A stretch of DNA of 32,000 nt, from assembly GCF_014396165.1 (NCBI RefSeq), contig NZ_CP060715.1:990001-1022000 (forward strand). Direction: 5' to 3'. Position 1 is the first letter of the stretch. Each line of letters begins with the position of its first letter. Of this stretch, positions 31,911-32,000 are shown piece by piece. Under the pieces are notes generated by a model. The model did no database searches and was not told where the DNA came from. It saw nothing but the letters and a program-made list of their open reading frames with translations. The stretch is from Erysipelothrix inopinata. GTDB taxonomy: Bacteria; Bacillota_I; Bacilli_A; Erysipelotrichales; Erysipelotrichaceae. Made by a program: the position numbers and the translations under genes.

Positions 31911-32000
31911 GTGGATATCGCATTAGTTGATAATGATTTTTTAATCCATGATTTAATCCAAACAATAGTTAAAGAACTAGGAGAGCAAATTAACATGAAC
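31911..32000 (+). CDS. Probable response-regulator receiver domain, first 30 codons only (continues beyond window)
   Basis: GTG start 6 nt after AGGGGGG. VDIALVDNDFLIHDLIQTIVKELGEQINMN resembles the beta1-alpha1 start of a receiver domain (hydrophobic strand followed by acidic pair). Very little sequence is available. Confidence 0.4.
   Translation, partial: MDIALVDNDFLIHDLIQTIVKELGEQINMN

Noticed and set aside
30425-31965. ORFs antisense to or nested in guaA and crossing its terminator (30425-30616, 30573-30836, 31069-31278, 31648-31836, 31681-31965).
   Set aside because: They conflict with the strongly supported guaA frame, or they span a perfect 14-bp terminator hairpin. The peptides are low-complexity.

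Overview
This is a low-GC Gram-positive (Bacillota-type) chromosomal window with LPXTG sorting signals, AGGAGG-type RBSs and many hairpin/T-run terminators. An Erysipelotrichia-like origin is only a guess. It holds about 27 protein genes and one tRNA. I saw no rRNA, CRISPR array, transposase or integrase.

Left third (1-11.3 kb): a mucin O-glycan core-1 (galacto-N-biose) foraging locus. It has two ABC sugar permeases, a GH112 galacto-/lacto-N-biose phosphorylase and a 1812-aa LPXTG-anchored GH101 endo-alpha-N-acetylgalactosaminidase. Between them lies an internalin-like LRR/LPXTG surface-protein gene broken into three ORFs by two single-base homopolymer frameshifts.

Middle (11.3-16.4 kb): a membrane protein, a SIMPL/DUF541 protein, and an orphan PTS EIIC with an RpiR regulator, a PatB/MalY-type C-S lyase and RidA.

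Most unusual region (16551-21566): a terminator-bracketed, visibly AT-richer five-gene operon.
- It encodes an HscC-type atypical Hsp70.
- Three membrane-anchored J-domain-like paralogues flank it. All three carry HPE instead of the canonical HPD, and one has an extracytoplasmic domain.
- A 4-TM protein closes the operon.
- I consider this a candidate uncharacterised membrane-tethered chaperone/sensor (possibly conflict or stress) system.

Right third: a Gfo/Idh/MocA oxidoreductase, a lipoprotein with a flavinylation-like DxxSGAT motif, tRNA-Lys(CUU), a TrxR-like flavoprotein lacking NADPH-binding signatures, two Cof-type HAD phosphatases, an ArsR regulator and an HxlR/SDR divergent pair. It also holds an IMP dehydrogenase lacking the CBS/Bateman insert, a GMP synthase with a vestigial catalytically dead glutaminase domain, and the first 30 codons of a response regulator.

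All functional calls come from motif recognition by eye, not from database searches.
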